Shown one piece after another: positions 63,398 to 64,000 of a stretch of DNA of 64,000 nt. Made by a program: the position numbers and the translations under genes. Source of the DNA: Phallusia mammillata (lineage: Eukaryota). The DNA is taken from contig OZ281499.1 in NCBI GenBank assembly GCA_965637545.1, positions 4,464,001-4,528,000 on the forward strand, written 5' to 3'. The notes below the pieces were generated by a model. That model saw only the letters and a program-made list of their open reading frames with translations, did no database searches and was not told where the DNA came from. Within the stretch, counting starts at the first letter, position 1. Every line of letters begins with the position of its first letter.

Positions 63398-64000
63398 GCC
63401 ACGAATTTAAACCCCTGGAGTTGCTGCAGCAAATAATCATGAGATTCATGGATATCACGAATTGTGACTTAACAGAAAATATATAAATAATTAATTGCTG
63501 CTGTATGCTAAAGAAGAAAAGCGATGTGTTGCCTTCTAACATTTTAGTGTTCAAGATAACGCCATAGTTTAGCCAATCAGTTACCTCACAGCTCATCATC
63601 AAAATGTGTGTGACAGAATGCACGTACATGTGTTTAATCTTTTAATGGCGTCTTATATTTATTCCAACTGTGAACTTCCATTCCTTGTTTAACCTTCATT
63701 GGTTTGCTAATTCACTAGTTCATGACATTGTTTATTTCATTTCTGCTCTTTTGACTCAGCTTAAATACCGCTTCTACTTGTGCTTGTGTGCAAATACACA
63801 AAACCTGCATTGTAAATAGACCTACCGTTCAAGGCAAATAAAACACGCCCTTGTTTTATATAAAAACTGTTGCGTAAATCTCTGTTGAGTGGACCAGTTG
63901 AAAAAGAAAAGTAGAGGTTTTGGATCAAAGTAACAACAAATTAGGACAAAGATGTGACGCAAAAAGGCCGCTGTAGTCTCGAACAAAGAATTACGTACGA

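Noticed and set aside
1-64000. Autonomous transposase or reverse transcriptase, tRNA, rRNA
   Set aside because: No ORF outside the family is long enough and no recognisable motifs were seen

Overview
Eukaryotic, AT-rich genomic DNA (GT-AG introns; probably an invertebrate animal, species not determinable) that is almost entirely one head-to-tail, all-plus-strand tandem array of 25 copies of a single gene family I do not recognise. Each copy has a ~820-830 nt coding exon, a phase-2 intron (~80-395 nt) and an 85-nt last exon (IFPPxAxGKYD..V...ADE...FY*) that the ORF track misses, giving a ~300-304 aa protein with no obvious signal peptide or TM segment. By manual splicing, 11 copies are intact, 3 have altered splicing of the last exon and 11 are pseudogenes; many 5' stubs and orphan last exons lie between them. 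The copies are mosaics: several 'head' types are joined to five alternative C-terminal cassettes (A, B, C, D, D'), with the switch at the conserved DNGCSGKLQAVFN motif. The apparent duplication unit runs from the tail of one gene to the head of the next. Spacers repeatedly carry a perfect NF-kB-type palindrome (GGGAATTCCC) beside AP-1-like and CRE motifs, plus an IRF-like element near the ATG, suggesting an inducible, rapidly diversifying innate-immune locus (inference). There are several hAT-type MITEs, and one intron holds a 199-bp insertion with a 13-bp TSD carrying a minimal type I hammerhead ribozyme (Penelope-like). All coordinates were read by hand; no database search was possible.
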